Assembly (NCBI GenBank): GCA_965203515.1
Contig: OZ241907.1
Location: 2,720,001 to 2,784,000, forward strand
Source: Spirochaetia bacterium
GTDB taxonomy: Bacteria > Spirochaetota > Spirochaetia > SZUA-6 > Bin103
Length of the DNA: 64,000 bases
Reading direction: 5' to 3'
This document shows, piece after piece, positions 8,985 through 18,287 of this stretch. The position numbers and the translations under genes were made by a program. The stretch's first letter is position 1; each line of letters opens with the position of its first letter. The notes beneath the pieces were generated by a model. It made no database searches and was not told the DNA's origin. It saw nothing but the letters and a program-made list of their open reading frames with translations.

Positions 8985-10712
8985 ATGCTCGACAGCAGTC
9001 GAAGTCGTACCGAGGTCGTGTCCGAAGTGGTGTTTCTCGGGAAGCTCATCGAACGTATAATGGCCGGGAAGATCCGCGTGCCGCGGTTCCAGCGGGCGTT
9101 CGTGTGGAAGCAGGCGGACCTGCACGCGCTGCTCGAAAGCATCCTGCGCGGATTTCCGATCGGTTCCATCCTCGTTTGGGATACCGGGGAGAACATCGCA
9201 TCGACCGAACGTATCGGGCCGGTCCCAATCACTCCCGCGCCGGCCGCGCCGATCGGCTACCTGCTCGACGGGCAGCAGCGCGTCTCTACGCTGGCCGGTA
9301 CGCTGCGATTGACCGACGAGATGGAGCATACCGTGGACCAGGTAGACTGGCGCGTGTACTGCGACCTCGACACCCTGGAGTTTCACCGCGCACCGGCAGA
9401 CGGCCTCAAGGCGCATCATTTTCCGGTCCGGAGCTTGCTCAATACCGCCGGCTTCTTCGACGCGTGCCGCCGCATCCAGTCGGAAGTCGATGATCCTGAT
9501 CAGAGCCGGCACTGGCTGGAAGAGGCGGACCGCCTCGCCGGCGCGTTTCGGGACTACCAGCTTCCTCTCATCCATATTCGCGAGGCTGACCTGGACAGCG
9601 CGGTTACCGTGTTTGCCCGGCTGAACCGCACCGGGCGCAAGATTACGGCCGACGAAATGGTATCGGCGTTGACCTACGACGCCGGGACGTTCCATCTTGC
9701 CCAGCGGCTGAGCGAGTTTCAGGCTGAGCTCACCCCGCGCGGTTTCGGGAACATCGACCGCGTCTTCCTGTTGCGAGCCGTGTTGGCAGCCCTGGATCGC
9801 GACATCTACGCGAAGGATTGGGCTGACATCATGGTCAAGGACGAGGTTCGCGCACAGCTTCCGAGTGCCTTTGCGCACGCCGCGCAAGGAATCCGGCGCG
9901 CGTTGGATCTCCTCAAGACGCTCGGCGTCACCTGCGATCGGTTGCTGCCCTATGGACTCCAACTCGTACTGCTCGGCGAATTCTTCCGGCGCTGTCCGGA
10001 GCCAACCGATCCGGTCGTAGAGCGGCTGAAACGCTGGTTCTGGGTAACCTCATTTACCGGCTGGTTCGGCGGGGTCAACACCGCGCAGGCCAAACGCGCC
10101 TTGAGCGAGGTCATCCAGCTTGCCGAGGGCACCGGGGCCGGGTTCAGCGTCATCGATCATGACGCGCCGGCGCAACCGTTTCCTGACCGATTCGATGGCC
10201 GGAGCGCTCGCGTACGCGCCTTTCTGCTCTATCTTGCGTCGCTCAACCCGCGTTCTATTCTTGATGAGGAGACAACACTCGATCCGGGGGAACTGCTCTC
10301 CACCGCGGGAACCGGAGCCGTCGGATACGTGTCGAAGAACCAGCCGCTTGGGCACCTGATTCGCAGCCCGGCGAACCGCATGTTCGTGGATCGAGGCCAC
10401 GTCGGTCAGGTGTTCCGCGTGTTGCAGGGTATGGGCGACCGACGGCTGCGGGAGCTGCTGCCAACGCACGGCTTTCCGGTGGACTCGATCCAGCGGTTGC
10501 GAGCCGGCGACCGCGAGGGGTTGATCCAGGCGCGGCTGGAGACGCTGATCGACGGTGAGCGGGAGTTCATGACCAAGTTGAACGTAGTGCCGCCGGCGGA
10601 GCGGACTGCGGCAACGGTTGCGGACAGCGACGTTTCTGATGAGGATGAAAATGATGAACCTTTGAATTTTGTATATGAAGCAGAGAAGATCGACATATTA
10701 CCCTATTTATGA
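8985..10712 (+). CDS. DUF262 (ParB-like/GmrS) domain protein (Menshen NsnA-like)
   Basis: VPRFQRAFVW, GFPIGSILVW, LLDGQQRVSTL, VFARLNRTG. Confidence 0.9.
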   Translation: MLDSSRSRTEVVSEVVFLGKLIERIMAGKIRVPRFQRAFVWKQADLHALLESILRGFPIGSILVWDTGENIASTERIGPVPITPAPAAPIGYLLDGQQRVSTLAGTLRLTDEMEHTVDQVDWRVYCDLDTLEFHRAPADGLKAHHFPVRSLLNTAGFFDACRRIQSEVDDPDQSRHWLEEADRLAGAFRDYQLPLIHIREADLDSAVTVFARLNRTGRKITADEMVSALTYDAGTFHLAQRLSEFQAELTPRGFGNIDRVFLLRAVLAALDRDIYAKDWADIMVKDEVRAQLPSAFAHAAQGIRRALDLLKTLGVTCDRLLPYGLQLVLLGEFFRRCPEPTDPVVERLKRWFWVTSFTGWFGGVNTAQAKRALSEVIQLAEGTGAGFSVIDHDAPAQPFPDRFDGRSARVRAFLLYLASLNPRSILDEETTLDPGELLSTAGTGAVGYVSKNQPLGHLIRSPANRMFVDRGHVGQVFRVLQGMGDRRLRELLPTHGFPVDSIQRLRAGDREGLIQARLETLIDGEREFMTKLNVVPPAERTAATVADSDVSDEDENDEPLNFVYEAEKIDILPYL

Positions 10713-10846
10713 ACTTGGAGACATAGAGATTTAGGTCCAGCCGCTATTGATGAGCAATACTCCGAGATCGAGATCTTCACGATCGACCACGGGATAACCC
10801 GCCCCGACGCGGACCGCAGGCGAAGCAAGCCGCGGCACCGGTCGGT

Positions 10847-12010
10847 TCAGCCATCCCGTACGTTACCGGTCCGTACCCGGTCCTCCCACTCGCCGTGCAG
10901 GTGATGCAGGAAGTCGCGAGGCGTGACGCCTTCGATTCCTCGTTGCTCAGACTGATCCCGACATATGCGGAACATTTCATTCAGATCGTCGGCTCCAAAC
11001 AGGTCGCCGGCTCCCTGCTCCTCGCCTTGCACGCGTGGGTTCGATCTCGCCGCCTCGCGCCCTCGTTTCAAGTAGAAATCGAACAGTCGGCGGGCCTCCG
11101 TCCGGTCTTTGATCGGCGACAACGTTATGATGTCCTGCAGACGGCCTGCCAATGCGGGAAGCATCGCGAAATAACGGTCGCGGGCCTGGGGAGTCATCGC
11201 CAGCATCAGGAACAGCCGCTCCGGCAAGGCGTCGATCAACGCCCGTATGGAGAGGAGGAAGCGGAGCACCGGGGTCTTGCTGAGCGAGTAGTCCTGTTTC
11301 TCGAGCTCGTCCAGCAACAGGAAAACACCCTCCAGGAGCTGCAACCGTTCGCTGACATAGATGATGTCGCGCAGGGCCTGCGTACGTGATTCGACCGTAT
11401 CCAGCCGGAAGCTCACGCCGAGCACCTCGCGGTGCCGCTTCAGCACGCGCAAGCCCAGGAACCAATCCAGAGCCAGTTGAGCGCACTCGGCTATCCGTTC
11501 GTTATCGTTACTATCGCCCGCTCCCTCCAAACTGTTGAGAACGATCCTCACGTCATGGTGTAGAGCACGTTCCTTGGCACTGTTTCTCACGGCTTCGCTG
11601 CCGTGTGCGAGCTTCCTGCCGATGTCTTCGAAGTGGCCACGGTCGAAGCTCTGGAGAATCTTCCTCAGCACCGAATCGAACGACGGCTCCGGATCCGGGT
11701 AGTATCTGATGATATAGTATGCCTTGCTATCCCGGTAGTAATCGCGGAACTGATCTTCATAGTAGTTGAGCAGGTTCGTCTTGCCGACGCCCTGCGTTCC
11801 CTCGATCGTGATCACCTGCGAGGCATGGCTGCCTTCCTCGAACTGCCGGAAACGATCCACTACCTCGTCGTCGATCGCATCTTCCAGTCGCGGGTGGCCC
11901 GACGGCTGCCCTGCGGAGGGAAAGGGATTGTCGATCACGCCATACTTCCGATACAGAGTCCGCTGTCGGACCTCGGAATCCGTGCGCTTCATCCGCTCAC
12001 GAAGGCTCAT
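10847..12010 (-). CDS. P-loop ATPase (AAA+/STAND-like, resembles BrxD/DUF2791 type)
   Basis: YGVIDNPFP leader, Walker A GTQGVGKT, Walker B LLLDELEK, ALAGRL, terminal TPRDFL; ATGA overlap with the upstream gene. Confidence 0.75.
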   Translation of the reverse strand: MSLRERMKRTDSEVRQRTLYRKYGVIDNPFPSAGQPSGHPRLEDAIDDEVVDRFRQFEEGSHASQVITIEGTQGVGKTNLLNYYEDQFRDYYRDSKAYYIIRYYPDPEPSFDSVLRKILQSFDRGHFEDIGRKLAHGSEAVRNSAKERALHHDVRIVLNSLEGAGDSNDNERIAECAQLALDWFLGLRVLKRHREVLGVSFRLDTVESRTQALRDIIYVSERLQLLEGVFLLLDELEKQDYSLSKTPVLRFLLSIRALIDALPERLFLMLAMTPQARDRYFAMLPALAGRLQDIITLSPIKDRTEARRLFDFYLKRGREAARSNPRVQGEEQGAGDLFGADDLNEMFRICRDQSEQRGIEGVTPRDFLHHLHGEWEDRVRTGNVRDG

Positions 12011-14082
12011 CGATCCCCCTTCGACAGCCTGATACTGACGGCGGCTCGGCCCGGCATCAGGAAGTCGCCGTGATAGAGATTGACGTTGCGCACTTTGGGA
12101 ACCCCGTCGTCGAAGCTGAGTACATGGAGATTTCTGTTCCCGTATCTGGTTTCCGGAGTCGATCCTTCCACGTAACGGCGGATATGTCCACCCTGATGAG
12201 CCTCCGCCAAGCGCTGGCGCGCGCGCACCGGGTGTATGCCGAAGCGTTGGGTCATCTCATCCAGCCAAGCGCCCGTGAGGGCGTAATCTTCTCCCCGCCG
12301 TACCGTTTCGTAAGCCGCGAGGGCCGGACGTGAGAAGTGCTCCGGCACCGGATTCTCCGGCGTCGCGTAGATTCCCACGTCGGCGAAGCGCACGCCCGCG
12401 CAACACAGCTCCGCCAAGGCGCAGTAGGGACGAAAGGCGGTCGCGCGTATCTTGGAATCATCCTGCGTCAATGGACTCGCGACCGCCATGCGGGTAAGAA
12501 AAGTGCTGAACGATGGTACCCACGAAAGCAGCTCCCGCATCTCATCGAATGCACGGTCGGCCATACTGCGGATCAAGGAGGAGAGGCGGCCCGTCTTCTG
12601 CAGTTCCGCACCGCTCGCGATGGCGAATCCTCCCGAGCACAGGAATCTAAAATACTGTTCGTAGGAGACCATTTTGTTGACGTGCGCCGCCTCCATTCCC
12701 GCTACGTCATACAGCGCGCCATGCTGATCCAGCGCCGCCATGAGATCGATCATAGAGCTGGGACTGAAGCTGTAGGCGCCGGATAGTGCCCGGCTCCGCG
12801 GCGCGGGTATGATCGTCGAGGTGGATACAAGGGTCGAGTCCGCCTCCGTAGAGTCAGGGGCGACCTTGATCTTCGGCGGCGAAGGCTTCGCGACAGCAGA
12901 CGTCGGTACCGCCCGCGTCCAGAGAAGATCTTCGCGAGCATGATCGGGATCCGAGGAACGTTCCCCAATCGCGACAGCTTCGAATGAGTCGCCGGAAGCG
13001 ATGCCGATCAGACGGGCCGAGCCAAACGTCACGGCCAGTTCCCAGAGGATGGCGCCCAAGGAAACCGAGTAGGTACGAAGAGCATCGGTCACGAATGGCT
13101 TGAACGTGACGCCGCTCAGGGTGGAGCCGAGCAGCGCCGATGCCGCGTTCGTATCGAAAAAGATCGGTTCTATCCCCTCGGCCAGAGCCATGCGCGCAAG
13201 GCCCTGATCGGCCGTCATCAACATCACGGGATGATCGGGGGCGGCGTCATCCCGTCGTTGCACCGCCGTCTCCAGAATGAGACGGTCGGCGAAGCTCCTC
13301 TGTATCATCTGCAGGCCCAGTTTCCTGTCTTCGGCATCGGAATCGGGCTGAACGATGCCGCGCAGCGGTTCGGCCCCGAGTCGCGGTCGTTCCACCCGAT
13401 GAGCCCGTCCCAGCCTGATGAGGGTCCGTTGTCCGGCTTGACTCAGCATGTGGTCGACCAACATGCCAGACCTGGGCCTTTTGTACCGCTGGCTGATGTA
13501 GCGGTCGACGAAGTTCTGTATCTCCATCTGCACGATCGCCGGAACGCGCAGGCGGGCGGCCGGTGTCAAGTGGCGGGCGGCAAAGTCGAGTCCCCCTTGC
13601 AGCACGGCCGACGTGTCCATTACGATCCCGACAGTCCTGCGAAACGGCAGCTTCGAAAGGGTCGTCGCGTCGAGGACGGGATGCGCCAAGCTGCAGCGGA
13701 TGGCGGCGTGGGCCACGCCCGCGGCTACTTTACTGATATCCTTTGATATTCGGTCGCAGTCCTGGCGATCAGTTATCTCGTTCGCCAATGCCTCGGTCAG
13801 TTTACTCGTCAGGCACTCCTCTCCTGGAAGCTCCCAGTCGAAGAAGCCGTATCGGAATGCCTGCTGCAGCAAGGCGTTCCGGTCCTCCGCATCCTGTGAT
13901 GCAGCCGGCAATTCGGGATGCAAGGATACGGTGCCGACCGACACCCAGGCGTCGGGTCGAAAGCACTTGTCTTCACGAACTTCGAGCCGCAGGCGTTCGC
14001 CGCCGGGCTTGGCGCAAGCGGCAAAGAGGACGGCCAGGGCCGCCTCAGCGCCGGTAACGGATCGCGGTACGTACTCGCTCAT
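12007..14082 (-). CDS. Large PIN-domain protein (putative RNase) with extended C-terminal region
   Basis: IVMDTSAVL...VPAIVQMEI...ADRLILE...LMTADQGLARMALAEGI matches the PIN acidic-residue pattern; ATG 14082 overlaps the upstream TGA. Confidence 0.75.
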   Translation of the reverse strand: MSEYVPRSVTGAEAALAVLFAACAKPGGERLRLEVREDKCFRPDAWVSVGTVSLHPELPAASQDAEDRNALLQQAFRYGFFDWELPGEECLTSKLTEALANEITDRQDCDRISKDISKVAAGVAHAAIRCSLAHPVLDATTLSKLPFRRTVGIVMDTSAVLQGGLDFAARHLTPAARLRVPAIVQMEIQNFVDRYISQRYKRPRSGMLVDHMLSQAGQRTLIRLGRAHRVERPRLGAEPLRGIVQPDSDAEDRKLGLQMIQRSFADRLILETAVQRRDDAAPDHPVMLMTADQGLARMALAEGIEPIFFDTNAASALLGSTLSGVTFKPFVTDALRTYSVSLGAILWELAVTFGSARLIGIASGDSFEAVAIGERSSDPDHAREDLLWTRAVPTSAVAKPSPPKIKVAPDSTEADSTLVSTSTIIPAPRSRALSGAYSFSPSSMIDLMAALDQHGALYDVAGMEAAHVNKMVSYEQYFRFLCSGGFAIASGAELQKTGRLSSLIRSMADRAFDEMRELLSWVPSFSTFLTRMAVASPLTQDDSKIRATAFRPYCALAELCCAGVRFADVGIYATPENPVPEHFSRPALAAYETVRRGEDYALTGAWLDEMTQRFGIHPVRARQRLAEAHQGGHIRRYVEGSTPETRYGNRNLHVLSFDDGVPKVRNVNLYHGDFLMPGRAAVSIRLSKGDR

Positions 14083-14546
14083 CGGAGCAGAACGGACGCA
14101 TCCGGGACGTCGGCGTAGACTCCCGCCACCCACAGAAAGTGGCGGAGCACGCCAAGCGCGGCGTTGGCGCGCAGATTCAGATCCCCGCTACCCGTGGGCA
14201 CCGTGTCCGGGCAGTCCGACCAGAATGTCCCGGCGCGTACCTTGGAATCCTCAAGCAGATCGGACAACGCGCGGCGGAAGCGGCTCACGCCGCGTTTGGC
14301 CGGAGGCTCGTGCTGGCTGAACGGGCGCAGCAAGCGGTCTTGGATCAGATCAATCACTTCCACGTTGCATGATCCAAAGGGGCCATGCAGGCCGGAGTCC
14401 CATGAGTAAATCTGTTTCAGGATAACCGTCTCGTCGAGCGGCGAAAACCGGTCCGATCCCGTCCCGTCATCCTCGGCATACCGGTACGTACGATCGAGGG
14501 ATGCAGGTCGCCAGATCGACAGGCGAAGGTCAGGTACGTCCAGCAT
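14079..14546 (-). CDS. Hypothetical protein (155 aa)
   Basis: Overlaps both neighbours (17 bp upstream, ATGA downstream); no motif recognised. Confidence 0.7.
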   Translation of the reverse strand: MLDVPDLRLSIWRPASLDRTYRYAEDDGTGSDRFSPLDETVILKQIYSWDSGLHGPFGSCNVEVIDLIQDRLLRPFSQHEPPAKRGVSRFRRALSDLLEDSKVRAGTFWSDCPDTVPTGSGDLNLRANAALGVLRHFLWVAGVYADVPDASVLLR

Positions 14547-15018
14547 TGCAATCAGTGAGCAGGATGCGGAGGGCCTTCAGCACGCGGCGGGGGCGGCGGC
14601 GGTGGATCGCCATGCCCGCCCAGTACGCGGCTTCCTCAGGCTCCATCGCCTCGATGCCCGCGGTCACCATCCGCATGTTATCGCGATTGCGCATCGGCGC
14701 AAGGGCGCGGAACAGCAGCCCCAGCAGCAGCGCCGCCTCCTCCGGCAGCGGATAGCCGCGGTCCGCGCCGCCGGCGCGCGGGCCGAGGCGGACGCCGGCT
14801 CGCGCCAGCCGGCGCAGCACGCGGTGTTCGATCAGGTCGAGGTTGGCGCCGTGCAGGCGGGCGACGCGCTGCGCCCGCTTCATCTGCGGCGTGGCCGGCG
14901 CCGGCAACTGCCAGACCGCGTATTCGGCGGCGCCGGGCCGGTGCCGGCGCACCCGCAGCTCGTAGCGCGGCGCCGACGCGGCCGGCTCGATGCGGATCTC
15001 CCGCTCCGCGCGCGCCAT
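14530..15018 (-). CDS. Small DUF499-system partner protein (occupies the DUF3780 position)
   Basis: TGATG coupling to the DUF499 gene; helical C-terminus LGLLFRALAPMR..EEAAYW..RRVLKALRILL. Confidence 0.65.
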   Translation of the reverse strand: MARAEREIRIEPAASAPRYELRVRRHRPGAAEYAVWQLPAPATPQMKRAQRVARLHGANLDLIEHRVLRRLARAGVRLGPRAGGADRGYPLPEEAALLLGLLFRALAPMRNRDNMRMVTAGIEAMEPEEAAYWAGMAIHRRRPRRVLKALRILLTDCNAGRT

Positions 15019-18000
15019 CACGCCGCCTGCGCCGCGGCGGTCGCCGCCACGTACGCCGCCCCGCCGGCGAACCTCGCCAACCGTTCGGCGAGCCGCTCCG
15101 CGGCGTCGCCCGCCAGCGGCAGGCCGGCGGCGAAGGTGATCCGAAACGACACCTCCAGCGTGCGCGAGGCGCAGTCCCGCAACTGCGGTTCGAGGAACTC
15201 GCGCACCGGCTGCGCGTCCGCCACCGGACCGTTGAACTCCAATATGAAGGACCCGCCGTCGCGGGTCTCGTAGCCGCCGGCCATGGTCACCTCCTTGTCC
15301 GCGCCGGTCACCGCGCCCACCGCGCCGAGCAGCCGGAAGCCGTCGCCGGCCTCGAACATGCGGATCGTCAACTTCGAGACCCGCGCCGCGCCCCCTGCAC
15401 GCGCCTGCTCCCACAGCCGCGTCAGCGCTTCCCGCAGCACGCCCTCGGCGGTGAACTCGCCCGGTCCGGGGCTCTCCGGCGGCAATCCCCCGTCCGGCGG
15501 CTGACGCACCTCCTCGACCGGTACGCCGCCACTGCGGGACCCCTCGTAAGACCCGGCCCCGCCCCCTGGGCGACCACCGGACCCGGACCCGGCGCCGCCC
15601 GGGCGGGGCCAGATGCCCTTGTTGGTGGCGTAGGCCATGGTCAGTACCAGCGCCCGTTCGTCGATCAGCAGGTCGGCCGGCGGGTCGTCCGGGCCGTAGA
15701 GCAGCTCGCCGCGCCGGTAGACGTAGTCGCCTCGCTCCACCCCGCGCCGAATGCCGCGCAGAAAGATGTCGTCGCCGCTCAGGATCGGCAGCGCCGGATC
15801 GCGGCGGAACTCGTCGCGCAGCGCCAGGGTCGTGATCTGGCCGCGCTTGAGCGGCGTGCGGTCGCGCACGTAGGCCGGCGAGTCGGGTTCATCTTCGGCC
15901 AGTCGCAGCTTGGCCAATTCGCGCAACGCGCGAACCACCTGCTGCTGGCCGGCGCCCGGCTGGTCCGACGCCGCCGGCAGCTCGATCGCGGTGTGCGCCA
16001 GATCGACGTCGGCGGCGCCCACGCGGTTGCGCGACGGATAGAACAGGTGGCGGTAGCACTGCTGGATGGCGATCGCCAACTCCTGCTCCGACCGCGCCGC
16101 CTGCTCGCGCACCGTGGCCTGCTGATGCTCGGCCAGCTCCGCCAGCCGTTCCGGGCGCAACAGCGCCTGCAGGGCCAGCCGCCGGACCGCGGCGCGCTGC
16201 ATCTCCGCCTTGCGCTCCGCGTCCGCCACCGCGAACACCAGGTGGTTGCGCAGCATGCGCAGCGCCGAACCCTCCGCCCCCTTGCGGGCGTAGATGCGCG
16301 CGATCAGCTCCGGCGCCGCGCCGACGCTGTCGCCGACCGCCACCCCGTCATAGGCCGGCACGATCAGCCGCGGGCGCCCGTCGCCAACGTCGTCCGGCAC
16401 GTCGAACGGCCCGCCCGGAAACGGCACCAGCTCGAACGCGTCCCCCGAAAACACCCGCTTGATGCGGTCGTTCAGATCGGCGCGGGCATCGCCGGCGTCC
16501 ACGTGCTGTTCTTCGCGGCGGATGATCAGGCTCAGATTGGCCTCCGCCAGGAACCGCAGCGGCGCGCCCGGACGGTCGTCGAGATAGGCCGAATCGGCCA
16601 CGAACCGGCGGCGCGCCTCGTCGATGAAGCCGACGTCGGTAGCCGGGCCGAGCAGGGAGTAGCGCAGCCGCTCCGGCGACAGCCCCTTGAGAGGATCGTT
16701 GAACGCCAGCGTGTGCATGAAGATGGTGCGCGCGACGTAGGCCCCGTAGGGCGGCAGGCCGCCGTGCCGGGCGGCGTCGATCTGCTGCGCCAGCGCTGTG
16801 CCGCCCTCGCCCCCGCCGGCGGCGATGTCGTTGGCGATCGCCGGCAGGTAGGCTGACTGCCCCAGGCGGATGACGATCTCCTGGCGGATCGGCTCATGAC
16901 CCAGGTCGACGTGGTGCAGGTGGATGGCGGCGGCGTCCGAGGGCCGCGCCTGCCAGAGCTGCGCGATGGTGCGCGCCAGCAGCCGCAGCATGCCGCGCAC
17001 GCGCTGGAAGTTGCTCAGCGTGGCGGTCTTGCCGGTGAGGGTGGCCAGCACCTCGGGATGCAGCGGATAGCTCGCGGCGAAGGTCTGCGCGGTCTCCGGG
17101 CGGGCGGCGTCCGCGGGCAGCGCGCCGCCGTGCAGCGCCCACTGCTCGCGGTAGGCGTCGATCGCCGCCTCCGCCCCCGCTTCGTCGATCCTCTCGAACA
17201 GGCGCCGCCGCAGCACTTGGACTGTCTCGTCCTCGGCCGTGGGATCGAGCAGCGTGGCCTTGCGCGCCGACACGCTCTCCGCCTCCGCCATGCGGTCGCC
17301 GATGAAGCGGTTCTCCGCGCCGTAGGCGTCGGTCGCGCGCCCGTCCTTGCCGATCGCCAAGGTGTAGACCAGGGCGGCGTTGGGCGCTCCTTCGACCGCC
17401 TTGAACAGCGAGGTGAGAAACGCGGTCAACTGGTCGCCGGCGCCGGGCAGACGCTGCACCTTGCGCAGGTATACCGACAGCTCGTCGAGCAGGATCAGGG
17501 CCGGCGCGCCGCCGAACAGCTCGCGCAGCGTCTCCGCGCCGGGAGCCGCCCCCTCCCGGTCGCTGCGGCTCACCCGCTCGTAGCCCTGCCGGCCGGCCAG
17601 CGCGTACGCGAGCTCGCCCCACGGCGTGTGCGCCAGCACCCCGTCGCCCAGCGCGCGCCCGTTTGCGGGATCGGCGTTCTCGCCGTCGAACGCCGCCACC
17701 CGCACCGCGCCCGCCGGCAGCAGCGCCGGCGCGACGAACTCGCTCAGGTCGGCGCCGGCTCCCTGCGCGCGCACCGCGTGCGCCAGGGCGATCAGCGCGT
17801 GCGTCTTGCCGCCGCCGTAGGAGGTGTCGAGGCGGAAGATCGCCGCCGCCTCGCCGCCGGCGCCGCTCAGCCGCCGGCAGACGTTGGCGAGCAGGGCCTT
17901 GAGCCCGCGCGTCGGATAGGTGTTGGCGAAGAACCGGACCGGATCGCGGTATTGCGCGCTGCCCCGGCCGGTGACCACTTCGGCCAGGTCGGCGGCGAAG

Positions 18001-18074
18001 TCCGCCTCGGCGACGCTGCCGGCGAGGACGTCGGCGCGCGGCCGGCAGGTCTCGAAGATCGTCGGTACCGCCAT
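15018..18074 (-). CDS. DUF499 family AAA+ ATPase
   Basis: FAADL, FFANTYPTRGLK, Walker A YGGGKTH, LILLDEL, SYPLHP, NFQRVRGMLR. Confidence 0.9.
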   Translation of the reverse strand: MAVPTIFETCRPRADVLAGSVAEADFAADLAEVVTGRGSAQYRDPVRFFANTYPTRGLKALLANVCRRLSGAGGEAAAIFRLDTSYGGGKTHALIALAHAVRAQGAGADLSEFVAPALLPAGAVRVAAFDGENADPANGRALGDGVLAHTPWGELAYALAGRQGYERVSRSDREGAAPGAETLRELFGGAPALILLDELSVYLRKVQRLPGAGDQLTAFLTSLFKAVEGAPNAALVYTLAIGKDGRATDAYGAENRFIGDRMAEAESVSARKATLLDPTAEDETVQVLRRRLFERIDEAGAEAAIDAYREQWALHGGALPADAARPETAQTFAASYPLHPEVLATLTGKTATLSNFQRVRGMLRLLARTIAQLWQARPSDAAAIHLHHVDLGHEPIRQEIVIRLGQSAYLPAIANDIAAGGGEGGTALAQQIDAARHGGLPPYGAYVARTIFMHTLAFNDPLKGLSPERLRYSLLGPATDVGFIDEARRRFVADSAYLDDRPGAPLRFLAEANLSLIIRREEQHVDAGDARADLNDRIKRVFSGDAFELVPFPGGPFDVPDDVGDGRPRLIVPAYDGVAVGDSVGAAPELIARIYARKGAEGSALRMLRNHLVFAVADAERKAEMQRAAVRRLALQALLRPERLAELAEHQQATVREQAARSEQELAIAIQQCYRHLFYPSRNRVGAADVDLAHTAIELPAASDQPGAGQQQVVRALRELAKLRLAEDEPDSPAYVRDRTPLKRGQITTLALRDEFRRDPALPILSGDDIFLRGIRRGVERGDYVYRRGELLYGPDDPPADLLIDERALVLTMAYATNKGIWPRPGGAGSGSGGRPGGGAGSYEGSRSGGVPVEEVRQPPDGGLPPESPGPGEFTAEGVLREALTRLWEQARAGGAARVSKLTIRMFEAGDGFRLLGAVGAVTGADKEVTMAGGYETRDGGSFILEFNGPVADAQPVREFLEPQLRDCASRTLEVSFRITFAAGLPLAGDAAERLAERLARFAGGAAYVAATAAAQAA

Positions 18075-18076
18075 GC

Positions 18077-18193
18077 TCAGGCCTTCCGCTCGCGCAGCGC
18101 CAACACCAGCATGAACAGCGCCAGCGGGATGAACAGGAGCGGAGCGCCGTGATATTCGTTCGCCGCGACCCGCGGGAACAGCTTTTCGAGCAT
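18077..18193 (-). CDS. 38-aa small ORF with one hydrophobic helix; small protein or internally deleted remnant
   Basis: RBS AAGGGGAG upstream of ATG; MLEKLFPRVAANEYHGAPLLFIPLALFMLVLALRERKA; stop 2 nt before the DUF499 ATG. Confidence 0.55.
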   Translation of the reverse strand: MLEKLFPRVAANEYHGAPLLFIPLALFMLVLALRERKA

Positions 18194-18287
18194 GTCTGGT
18201 ACTCCCCTTCGCTACAGCGGCGCGCGCAGTCGGCCGGCGATCACCGCGCAGTGTGCCATCAGAGCGTACCGGCGGGAAGAGAGCGGT

